64,000 nt of DNA from Eledone cirrhosa (Eukaryota): NCBI GenBank assembly GCA_964016885.1, contig OZ024753.1, positions 35,154,001-35,218,000 on the forward strand, given 5' to 3'. Below the pieces are notes generated by a model. It was given only the letters and a program-made list of their open reading frames with translations. It searched no databases and was not told the origin of the DNA. Made by a program: the position numbers and the translations under genes. This document shows, piece after piece, positions 1 through 12,047 of this stretch (positions within the stretch are counted from its first letter, which is position 1; the number at the start of each line of letters is the position of its first letter).

Positions 1-411
1 ATATATATATATATATACATATATGTATATATATAAAATACGGCGATAGCTTACATTTCTAATAATTTCAAATCCACTCGCTGTTTCAAAAATATTCTTA
101 CTTGACATTAGAGTCGCTAAGTTTATAGCTTCTAATTTGAATGGAAAAGGACGGGTGATGTGTTGGTGTAAATGGTAGCACAGTGGTCCGAATAACCAAA
201 AATGTGGGTTCAACTCCCATGTACGTCAATACTCATCTTTTTCCATTTCTCCGAGTGTTCTTAACCCCACTATCAGGCTAAATAATTTCTTTAATTTCTT
301 TAGTCAAAATACGGCGATATATACATACATATATATATATATATATACATATATATATACATATATATATATATACATATATATATGATGGCTGCCCCCT
401 CGTTATCGAGA

Positions 412-442
<31 letters not shown>

Positions 443-602
443 CATCATCATCATCATCCCCGTTTTACGTCCGTTCTTCCACGCTAGCATGGGTATATAT
501 ATATAAATATATATATATACGTATATATATATAAATATATATATATACGTATAAATATATATATATACATATAAATATATATATATATACGTATATATAC
601 AT

Positions 603-642
<40 letters not shown>

Positions 643-718
643 CGAAGGAAAAGTGGTAAGGAACCAGGTGGACCATAATGCACCAAAGTACTCAATACTT
701 AGGGTAGTAGAGTGGGTC

Positions 719-825
719 ATAGGAACAAGTAAGACCCCGACGGCTGAGCTCAAGCCGTTTCGACGGCTAATTCCAGAATTAGCCGTCGAAACGGCTTGAG
801 CTCAGCCGTCGGGGTCTTACTTGTT

Positions 826-830
<5 letters not shown>
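719..830. repeat. Perfect inverted repeat, 55-bp arms with a 2-nt spacer, part of a 641-830 insert in (TA)n
   Basis: 719-773 is the exact reverse complement of 776-830. Confidence 0.95.
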
Positions 831-1985
<1,155 letters not shown>

Positions 1986-2464
1986 CAGGGAAAAGCAGAC
2001 GTAAAATGATGATATATATATTATGTATTTTATTATGATCAATGGCTTTCTTTATATGCATATTAATCATAATAAAACAAGATGCATTATTGCTATCATG
2101 AAACTGAACCTTATGAAAAAGATACAGTATTGTGCTGAGTAGTGATATGTTATAATGTAAAATACTTGGCCTCTCGTACAAACACTACAATACTCGAAGT
2201 AAACATGCTGACAAGCCAGAAGCTACAGTGTTTGGCAATCGAAATTAGATTGAGATAATATAGGGCTGGAGTGAACTCTCCTGTCTGGCCAAGCATGAGA
2301 TTACCTCTCTATTGCTGGTGCCACAATAAGATGCTCCCAGTAAACGTTGTAAGGTAGCACAATAAAATGCACCCATTACACCTTGTAGTGTCGGTACCAT
2401 GATAAAATGCACTTAGTCCACTCTTTAAGGAGTTAGTGCTGGTGTCATGAAAACCATTATCATG

Positions 2465-3645
2465 TTGGTGTCATGAAAAACATACCCATGCTGGTGTCAT
2501 GAAAAACAGAGCCATGCTGGTATCCTAAAAAACATACCCATGCTGGTATCATAAAAAACATACCCATGCTGGTATCATAAAAAAACATACCCATGCTGGT
2601 GTCATAAAAAACATACCCATGCTGGTATCCTAAAAAACATACCCATGCTGGTATCCTAAAAAACATACCCATGCTGGTATCCTAAAAAACATACCCATGC
2701 TGGTATCCTAAAAAACATACCCATGCCGGTGTCCTAAAAAACATACCCATGCTGGTATCCTAAAAAACATACCCATATGGTATCCTAAAAAACATACCCA
2801 TGCTGGTATCCTAAAAAACATACCCATATGGTATCCTAAAAAACATACCCATGCTGGTGTCCTAAAAAACATACCCATGCTGGTGTCATAAAAAACATAC
2901 CCATGCTGGTGTCATGAAAAATATACCCATGCTGGTGTCCTAAAAAACATACCCATGCTGATGACATAAAAAACATACCCATGCTGGTGTCATAAAAAAC
3001 ATAGCCATGCTGGTATCATAAAAAACATACCCATCCTGGTGTCCTAAAAAACATACCCATGCTGGTATCCTAAAAAACATAGCCATGCTGGTATCATAAA
3101 AAACATACCCATGCTGGTGTCCTAAAAAACATAGCCATGCTGGTATCATAAAAAACATACCCATGCTGGTGTCATAAAAAACATACCCATGCTGGTATCC
3201 TAAAAAACATACCCATGCTGGTGTCATAAAAAACATAACCATGCTGGTATCATAAAAACATACCCATGCTGGTATCCTAAAAAACATACCCATGCTGGTG
3301 TCATAAAAAACATACCCATGCTGGTATCCTAAAAAACATACCCATGCTGGTATCCTAAAAAACATACCCATGCTGGTGTCCTAAAAAACATACCCATGCT
3401 GGTGTCCTAAAAAACATACCCATGCTGGTGTCCTAAAAAACATACCCATGCTGGTGTCCTAAAAAACATACCCATGCTGGTATCCTAAAAAACATACCCA
3501 TGCTGGTATCCTAAAAAACATACCCATGCTGGTGTCATAAAAAAACATACCCATGCTGGTATCATAAAAAAACATACCCACGCTGGTATCCTAAAAAACA
3601 TACCCATGCTGGTGTCCTAAAAAACATACCCATGCTGGTGTCACA
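2465..3645. repeat. 26-bp minisatellite (aaaaaacatacccatgctggtRtcMt), about 45 copies, inside a decayed RTE-tail element (~2320-3830)
   Basis: Direct tandem repeats. The flanks carry the aaaatgcaccc...gtaaag units and an (ATG)n tail typical of the RTE 3' UTR. Confidence 0.92.
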
Positions 3646-4347
3646 AACAATGGCACCCAGCAGATTCTGAAAGGTGGTTGGCATCTATCAGTTGAAATTC
3701 TGCCAAGTATGGAATGTGGCAAGCAAGATTGGCCATTTTCTCCCATCTGGTCTCAGACTGTAACAACCTGTTCAACCCTTGCCAGTATGGAATGGGGGTG
3801 TAAAATGAAGATGAAGATGATGATGATGTTGTTTCTATTTAGATAGTTAAACATTTAACATTTACATTACTCTATATATACTATTGTATTTTTCTGGTAA
3901 ATGCTCTATCTCACATAATATTGAATCTATGAGATTTTGATATTATTTATTTTGAGAACAATACCTTAACATCAGTATGAGTGGCCAGTTACGACCATTT
4001 TGAACAGAAAGAGGCGAGAGAATTCTGGCCTGATATGGCCGGTTTATATGCCAAAGGGTTAAAGGTGGTGAATTGACAGTTGTTAGAGAGTAAAATAGAA
4101 TAGCTTGTGATATTTGGTCTGACTCACTGTGCTTTGAGTTCAAGTCTTGTCATGGTCAACTTTGTTTTTCAATCTTTTGGGGGTCAGTAAAATAGTACCA
4201 GTACAGGGCAGTGCATTGGAATAATTACTATGGTGTTAGATGAGATGCCTTGTAGTATTTGATCCAGCTCTTTATGTTCTCAGTTCAAATCCTGCTGTGG
4301 CCTGTATGTTATATATACTATATATATGTGAATGTGTGTGTGTGTAT

Positions 4348-4893
4348 ATCATCATCATCATCATCATCATCATCAACGTTTAACGTCCATGTTCCACGCT
4401 TGCATAGGTTTGGACGGGGGTTTTCCCACTTGAGGCAAGAGTGATTGTCTTGCTCGCGTAGGACTGTCTGGCGGGTTTTCTACAGCTGGATGCCCTTCCT
4501 AACACCAACCACATTTACAGTGTGGGTCTGGGAGGTTTTTACCGTGTTGCCTACACGGCCACATTACAGCATGGACTGTGTGTTTTTTTGTCGTGACACC
4601 TACACGATCTCATTTGTTTCGGCCTGGAAGGTGTGGCACCAACATAACTTTACATAGAAGGGGGCGGTGTGGATGGGGTGGGGGTGGTGGGACGGGGGTG
4701 TATTTTGTTAGAGATGCCTACTGACTGTAGTAGGTTTTACTATGTATTTAGGTAAGGCGGGTCTTCTCTATTACTGAGTACCGCCAAAGGTCTCGGTCCA
4801 GTGACATTGTCTTGGAGAGGTGTAAGTGTGTGAGGTCGGAGTTTATCAGCTCGTCCCAGGTTTTTCTAGGTCTGCCTATTCCGTGGCTACCGT
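4348..4893 (-). mobile_element. RTE LINE 3' fragment (GRPRKTW..., 3' UTR, (ATG)n tail)
   Basis: ORF remnant GIGRPRKTWDELI...DRDLWR. The 3' UTR is shared with 7147-7647 and similar to 42190-42470. Confidence 0.85.
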
Positions 4894-5129
4894 CTATATA
4901 TATACGGGATAACAGGTTATCGTTATGGCAATTCACTTAGATGTAGTCCAGTTGGAGTAGTTCTTGTAGTGGATAGTATTAATGTGCGGCTTAGTTTGAC
5001 TCAACAAGATGTTTCCATAGTGATGCTGCGAGTTCGCGGTGATTTCTATGTAGTTTATACTTGGAGTAATAATAGTTCAAAGTAGAAGATTGACATGGTT
5101 TGCTATACAATAAGGGCTTTATTCACATT

Positions 5130-5237
5130 GCTGACAATTGTTTCTTTGATCTGGCAGGTCTAGAGTTCGCTAAACGCCTGATTCTGCGCCAATCGATCTC
5201 CAATACTGTGTTTATAACCAGTCCATTTCATCAGAGC
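5130..5237 (-). ncRNA. Possible type-I hammerhead with a long (~83 nt) helix II insert
   Basis: Minus strand: GCT CTGATGA ... GAAA CAATTG TC AGC. Base of helix II TGGACTGGT/GCCAGATCA. Lies in a ~340-bp insert between TA tracts. Confidence 0.5.
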
Positions 5238-5439
5238 GGGTGAAATGTATATATATATATATATATATACATCCATACAGAGAGGGGTCGGGGGGGGGGG
5301 GGGGGTAAAATCCCAACTGCATCGCCAAGCCAAACTGCTAGGCACCGTGGTTGGGATTTTACCTATCTATATACCCACTCTGCATCCTGCATCTCCCCAT
5401 GTATTGAGTACTCCCATGGTTAGTGGTCTCAGCACTGCA

Positions 5440-5511
<72 letters not shown>

Positions 5512-5982
5512 TTAAAACAACTACCTTGATCTTATATATTTTATATATTACATCTTAAATTCATTGCATATGGAAGTTTTTAATACTTTTCTCATTATTT
5601 ATAAATGTATTTTACTTGCTTCCAACAATATTCAGTAATACATTCTCTAGGCTATATCATCTATCTATTTCAATATTTCATCCTTTGATATATGAAAATA
5701 ATTAATTACTTGAGTATGCATTATTATTTTTTTTAACATTTCATAAATTCTATAACACTCTCCATTTGATATTAGATAAAAGTGGTCTTATTGATGTAAA
5801 ATTCACACATTTTTTTTTATTACATAAAATACATTACACACTGCATTTTTAGAATTTTTATTGCACTTCAATTAAAAAAAAAAAAAGGATTTTTAAAACA
5901 AAAAATCATTTATTTTCTCTCCGGTTACTATTTTTACATCTTTTTCTCATATTAATTCTTTGCAATGCAATGTTACCCAACA

Positions 5983-6327
5983 CAGTGGAACCTCGGTTCA
6001 TGAACTTATTTCATTTCTGAAGGCCGTTCATCACCTGAAAAGTTTGTAAACCAAAACTATTTTTCACATATGAAATGTTGAGAGAGAAATACAGTGAGAG
6101 AGAGAGTGTGTGTGAAAGACAGATAGATATCATCACCGTAGTATCTAACTACACAGCAAGTGATGCTTTCCTGCTGATACTCCCAGCTTGTTGTTAACCA
6201 TTGTTACTGGCTTGTGCATTCATTACTTGAAACACCGTTCATCAACCGAGATGTTCTATGTTTGGAAAAATTGTTCACAAACCAATTTATTTGTGATGAA
6301 AGCCGTTCGTGATCCGAGGTATCACTG
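5983..6327. mobile_element. Tigger/pogo-like non-autonomous DNA transposon
   Basis: Imperfect TIRs CAGTGGAACCTCGGTTCATGAAC / GTTCGTGATCCGAGGTATCACTG followed by TA. Confidence 0.7.
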
Positions 6328-7146
6328 TACTTCAAATATAAAAACAAAATGTTATTTAAGTACAGTGATACCTCGGATCACGAACGGCTTTCATCACAAA
6401 TAAATTGGTTCATGTAATAATCACATGATTCAGTAGCAATATGCTATACTTAACCATCATTAGTGAGTTTCCAATATAGAATGTCCTGCTTCACCTTTCA
6501 TAATCTTCTATTCTATTCCTGTTCTAAATATTTGATAAATCCTCTAAAGAGGTTTAGCCATCTATTACAATACCTAGCGTTGTTTAAGTGATATAGATTA
6601 GAGTTTTGCCATAGTAAAATATTTAATCTATTATGTCCACACACACATGTATATATGCATGCACACACACACACACCACACTTATACACACATACAAACC
6701 TGTATGATATCATCATCATCATCATTATGATCATTATCATTTTTATGTCAGCTTTTACATGCTGGTATGGGTGAGAGAGGATATTTTGGGGCAATGTTTT
6801 ACAGCTGAATGCTTTCCCAGGTAACCACCCATCAGTTACTTGTTACCAAATAGGGATATGCTGTACCAATTCTAAACTGGATACACACAATATGTATTCT
6901 ATAAATTGTGTTTTGTTTATGGAATTATTACTTTTTTGTTTTACTTTATTAGCAATATTTATGGGACCAGTTTGGTTGTTAAGAACAGGGTGGACAGCTT
7001 CATTGTTAAATTGTGAAGCCTATGTGCCAGGATACAATGTTATTTTCCTGCCATGCCAACATGGTAAAATGCTTATTAAAAAATATATATATTATCCACA
7101 CACACATCGTGTATGTGTGTGTGTGTATATATATATATATACAAAG

Positions 7147-7647
7147 TAAAAACCTACTACAGTCAGTAGGCACCTCTATCAAAACACACCCCCGTCCCAC
7201 CACCTCCACCCCACCCACACCGCCCCTTTCAATGTAAAGTTATGTTGGTCCCACAACATCCAGGCCGAAACAAATGAGATCGTGTAGGTGTCACGACAAA
7301 AAACACACAGTCCACGCTGTAAATGTGGCCGTGTAGGCAACACGGTAAAAACCTCCCAGCCCCACACTGTAAATGTGGTTGGTGTTAGGAAGGGCATCCA
7401 GCTGTAGAAAACCCGCCAGACAGTCCACGCTGTAATGTGGCCGTGTAGGCAACACGGTAAAAACCTCCCAGCCCCACACTGTAAATGTGGTTGGTGTTAG
7501 GAAGGGCATCCAACTGTAGAAAACCCGCCAGACAGTCCTATGCGAGCAAGACAACCACTCTTGCCTCAAGTGGGAAAACCCCCGTCCAAACCCATGCAAG
7601 CGTGGAACACGGACGCTAAACCTGATGATGATGATGATGATGATGAT
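7147..7647 (+). mobile_element. RTE 3' UTR fragment with an internal ~115-bp tandem duplication
   Basis: Reverse complement of 4348-4740 at high identity. The segment cagtccacgctgta...gccaga is duplicated. Confidence 0.85.
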
Positions 7648-7782
7648 ATACACACTCAAAAGTAGTGCTGTTATAGGAAATATTCACTATAATCCCGTTT
7701 GCTCACATTACTCACTCAATGAGGTATGGTTCGACCAAACCTGTCCCAGAGTGCTAACAAAATGTATATCTGTAATGGAGCA

Positions 7783-7819
<37 letters not shown>

Positions 7820-7823
<4 letters not shown>

Positions 7824-8430
7824 TGGCTGCCAACTCGTTTTCGAGTACGGCCACTACTTTATATCCATGTAGGAGAACCCCTACCGATGCGCTGAACGAG
7901 TGTGACTTTTTAGTCCAGCCAGCAACTTGAAAACTCTGGTACAAACACTACACTTGTGACAATTATTGATACATAGTGCTGGGCCCATGGTACCATGTGA
8001 CGACAAGTGCAGAGAGATCTCCAGATATAAAGCAATGGCTGTGCCGTGAAGCTTTTATAGTGAGCAAAGGCACTGCACAAAGCCAGTCCCACTCTCTTAA
8101 CCAAGATGATATTTACCAAAAAGAAGAACAAGTCAACATCATTGGATACCATCAGAGTTGCCGGTGTTATATCAGAGTTTTCCTTCACCTAGAATTCTGC
8201 CTTGACAAAGGCTAAGGGGTCATTTCTCCCGGTGATTTTGGATGTCCATTGACTCTTAAGAGCTCCTTTGTCCTTTGACAGGTTTTGTTTTAAGTCCTGC
8301 AGGATGTCCAAAGTCACCCTCCTCACCAAGAAACCTTGGTGGGGTTGCCAGTTTAGTCGCCAACAACCCGACCATGGGACAGGTTGTACTGGGATACATG
8401 TTACCAGTAGCACCAACTGGTGACCTGACA
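7820..8430 (-). mobile_element. ~610-bp non-autonomous interspersed element. Second copy with the same termini at 24468-25083.
   Basis: Two colinear, highly similar copies, both bounded by (TA)n-like tracts. Minus-strand motif ctaggWgaaggaaaactctga resembles RTE 5' UTRs, so the strand is inferred. Confidence 0.75.
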
Positions 8431-8854
8431 TATATATATATACATACATACATATGCGAGTGTGCAGGTGAAACTCCAGAGTGAATTGGCCTTACATAGA
8501 TATTTATATCCCTCATTTATACATACATGTATATGTATGTTGTTGTTGTTGTTGTTCTGGTTTAACCCTGCATTAACTCCGATCAAGTTGATCTATGGTC
8601 AAAGATATTTCAGTCATGACAATCATGCCCCAATACAATATAATCACTAATGTAAAACAGAATTTAGCAACAGGCCTACTAAAAGGATGCAACCCATGCT
8701 TGATGAATGACATCATATATCTATTTACGTAGTTACAACTTATCCTGCTATGTTAAAGAATTGACTAATTATCTTGTAATAACAAGACAGAAAGAAGTGA
8801 GAGAGAAAAATAAATTGAAAAGGGTGTGGCTGGCACTTCATAGCAACAAGTGTT

Positions 8855-9083
8855 TTAACCCTTTAGCATTTAAACTGGCTGTATCCGGCTAGAATTCTCT
8901 CACCTCTTTCTGTTGAAACCGGCCGTAACTGGCCACTCCTACTGATGTTAAGATATTGTTCTTAAAATAAATAATATCAAAATCTCATAGATTCAATAGT
9001 ATGTGAGATAATTATGTGAGGTAAAGATTTTACCTTGAAAATACAATAGTAAATATATAATAATTTAAATGCTAAAGGGTTAA
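8855..9083. mobile_element. piggyBac-type MITE (TTAA-CCCTTTAGCATT...AATGCTAAAGGG-TTAA), about 10 copies: ~3858-4062, 8855-9083, 15073-15300, ~28750-28966, 28963-29190, 33041-33269, 35793-36009, 37306-37535, 49093-49306, 63753-63951
   Basis: ~200-230 bp, terminal inverted repeats starting CCC, TTAA target duplication, conserved interior. Confidence 0.88.
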
Positions 9084-9762
9084 AGCCATTTTTCCCTGTT
9101 AAAGGTGAGGTTAGCCATGTGAGTCCCTTGACAGGCTTCATACTCATCAAGGGGTCTTTTTGAAGTAATGTTTTATGACCGGATACACTTTGGGACAGCA
9201 ACACTTGTTGTCGCCTCTTTTGACATACAGGGATATAGCGTACCTATTCTAAACCGGATACACGCAACAGTGGCAAATACTTCATCATATAATCAATAAT
9301 GTGGTCATCTGGAACACAATACATATATGGTTTCAGTCATGCCAATTCGCCTATTCTCAATGTTTTGTCTTATATTGTTTCTTATTGTGTCTAATATAGT
9401 AATGTTACGTTAAGCAGGTGATTCATTCATAATGATATAAATAAATTTTGTCACAATTCAAATCCATAAATGAACTTCTTCCATCTCAGTTGTACTTTAG
9501 CCATTTTACTTTCACAGGAGCCATCCATTATTCTAATTATATCTTCTATCGAACATTAATGTATAAATGTATACACAACTTCCATCATTTCATATCAGCT
9601 TTATTATTCATGTGTAAAGATATTATTGGTATTCCCATTTTGCTGTTCTTTAAAATAATATTAGAGAATGCAAAATTAAACAAATTCTATAAGCTCATAC
9701 TCCAATAACATAACCACTCTGTACATTTACATTCGTATATGTATACATGTTACAATATTGAG

Positions 9763-9828
<66 letters not shown>

Positions 9829-10157
9829 GGACGTAAAACAGTGATAATGTAGCATTGAAAAATAGATGTAAAATGGTGATGATGACGATATATATATATA
9901 TATATTTACACACACATATATATATACAGGTGTATGTATGTGTATATATATATGGATATCTATATATATATACACCCAACACACCCATATACATATCTGC
10001 GTGATAATAATGGATATCAAAATAAGTACTCAATACCAAAGTAGAGTTAAATATTCTTTATTATGGCTAAGTGGTGAGTGTTGTTGTTCTGGAGTTTCAC
10101 AGGATCACCAGACAAGAAACATGACTTAGTCATAATAAAGAATATATATATATATAT

Positions 10158-10499
10158 CATCATTATCATCATTTCATTTTACGTCCACTTTTTCCTTGCT
10201 TGCAAGGGTGGGACGGGAACTGATTCTGGCTTGATTTCTACAGCTGGATGCCCTTCCTAACACCAACCTCATTTACAGTGAGTGCTGGGTGCTTTTTTGC
10301 CGCGGCACCTCCACGACCACTTTACAGTGGAATAATAGGGACCCCAGTCCCTATCATCTCATTTCTACAGCTGAGTAAACTGGAGCAATGTGAAATAAAG
10401 TGTCTTGCTCAAGGAAACAACACATCACCCGGTCTGAGAATTGAACTCACAACCTTTCGATTGCAAGGCCAATGCTCTAACCACTAAGCCATGTGCTCC
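10158..10499 (-). mobile_element. tRNA-derived SINE with an RTE-type 3' tail (family A)
   Basis: Head TGGCTTAGTGG (A box)...GAGTTCAATTC (B box), tail ending in (ATG)n. Near-identical copies at 10831-11167 (+) and 23803-24146 (+), partial copy at ~18598-18770. Confidence 0.88.
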
Positions 10500-10561
10500 A
10501 TTTACATATATATATATATATGCAAGCAGGGAAAAGCGGACGTAAAATGATGATGATGATG

Positions 10562-10625
<64 letters not shown>

Positions 10626-10830
10626 CATTTCCTGTCATCAGCTGTCGATTTGTAAATGACAATATTTCACCCTTTAAGCTGCAAGAATCTCCCTGGGAGT
10701 GTTCAGGTATATATATACACACACAAGGCATTTCCTGTCATCAGCTGTAAATTTCAAAACTGATAATATGACACCCTTTAAGCTGCAAGAATCTATCTGG
10801 GAGTGTTCAGGTATATATATATATATATAT

Positions 10831-11167
10831 ATGGCTTAGTGGTTAGAACATTGGCCTTGCAATCGAAAGGTTGTGAGTTCAATTCTCAGACCGGATGATG
10901 TGTTGTTTCCTTGAGCAAGACACTTTATTTCACATTGCTCCAGTTTACTCAGCTGTAGAAATGAGATGTTAGGCACTGGGGTCCATATCATTCCACTGCA
11001 AAGTGGTCGTGGAGGTGCCGCGGCAAAAAAGCACCCAGCACTCACTGTAAATGAGGTTGGTGTTAGGAAGGGCATCCAGCTGTAGAAATCAAGCCAAAAT
11101 CAGTTCCCGTCCCACCCTTGCAAGCAGGGAAAAAGCGGACGTAAAATGAAATGATGATGATGATGAT
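10831..11167 (+). mobile_element. SINE family A copy, head-to-head with 10158-10499
   Basis: Reverse complement of the 10158-10492 copy with few differences. Confidence 0.88.
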
Positions 11168-11645
11168 ATATATATACATATATATATATAATGTAGAAGG
11201 TGAGTAATATTGTAGAACAATAAAACTATGCATATATCAGATAAGTAGCACTCAACAATTGGTAGAACTGGAGTATATATTAAAGAAGTAATTAAAAGAT
11301 GGTTAAAATATATGGAACTTCTTTAACCATCTTTTAATTTCTTCTTTTATATATATATATATATATATATATCACATAATAAATGGAGAATCAGTGGTGT
11401 GACGAATTAAAATTTATCAGACATATTACAACATTTCTCTGGTGACCAGCTCGAGGCACAATCGATGCAGTTTCCAAATTTGGAAACTCTGCTTCGAAGA
11501 ATCGAGACGTATCTGAGGATCTTGCGATTTCAGAGTCAGGTTCGATCATCGCATCGATACTCTGCTCTGTAAGAGCATCGAGTGCTCAAACGGCCTACCG
11601 CATACGGACGCTTTAAGCATCCCACACCAATTATATATATATATA

Positions 11646-12047
11646 TATATTAATAAGAGGAATTCCAACTTTGTCTGATTTACTCGTTTTATTTACAATC
11701 CTTTAAAATTTATAATGGTATTATAATGAAATAGTATGATAGAATATTAAATGTTAAGTGTTAATTGAACAAGTACTTTCATTCTTTCGCAATCTTCAGG
11801 TTCATAATGTATGGTGACAGTCAAGTTTGCAATTTTCAACTATGTGTTCACAGTTGAAAATTGCAAACTTGACTGTCACCACACATTATGAACCTGAAGA
11901 TTGCGAAAGAATGAAAGTACTTGTTCAATTAACACTTAACATTTAATATTCTATCATACTATTTCATTATAATACCATTATAAATTTTAAAGGATTGTAA
12001 ATAAAACGAGTAAATCAGACAAAGTTGGAATTCCTCTTATTAATATA
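11646..12047. repeat. Long inverted repeat, 196-bp arms with a 10-nt spacer and one mismatch seen, flanked by (TA)n
   Basis: 11646-11841 vs 11852-12047, compared base by base with no indels. Confidence 0.95.
11889..11927 (+). ncRNA. Minimal type-I hammerhead motif (mirror copy at 11766-11804 on the - strand)
   Basis: TGAAC CTGAAGA TTGC GAAA GAAT GAAA GTAC TT GTTCA. 5-bp helix I, palindromic GUAC loop, CUU triplet. Helix II is weak. Confidence 0.75.

Noticed and set aside
160-228. tRNA gene
   Set aside because: A/B-box-like motifs are present, but the acceptor and anticodon stems are poor and it sits in a repeat. Treated as tRNA-derived.
2465-3645. CRISPR-like array
   Set aside because: Contiguous tandem units with no unique spacers, eukaryotic context, no cas genes. 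The same applies to 27612-28650 and 30105-32125.
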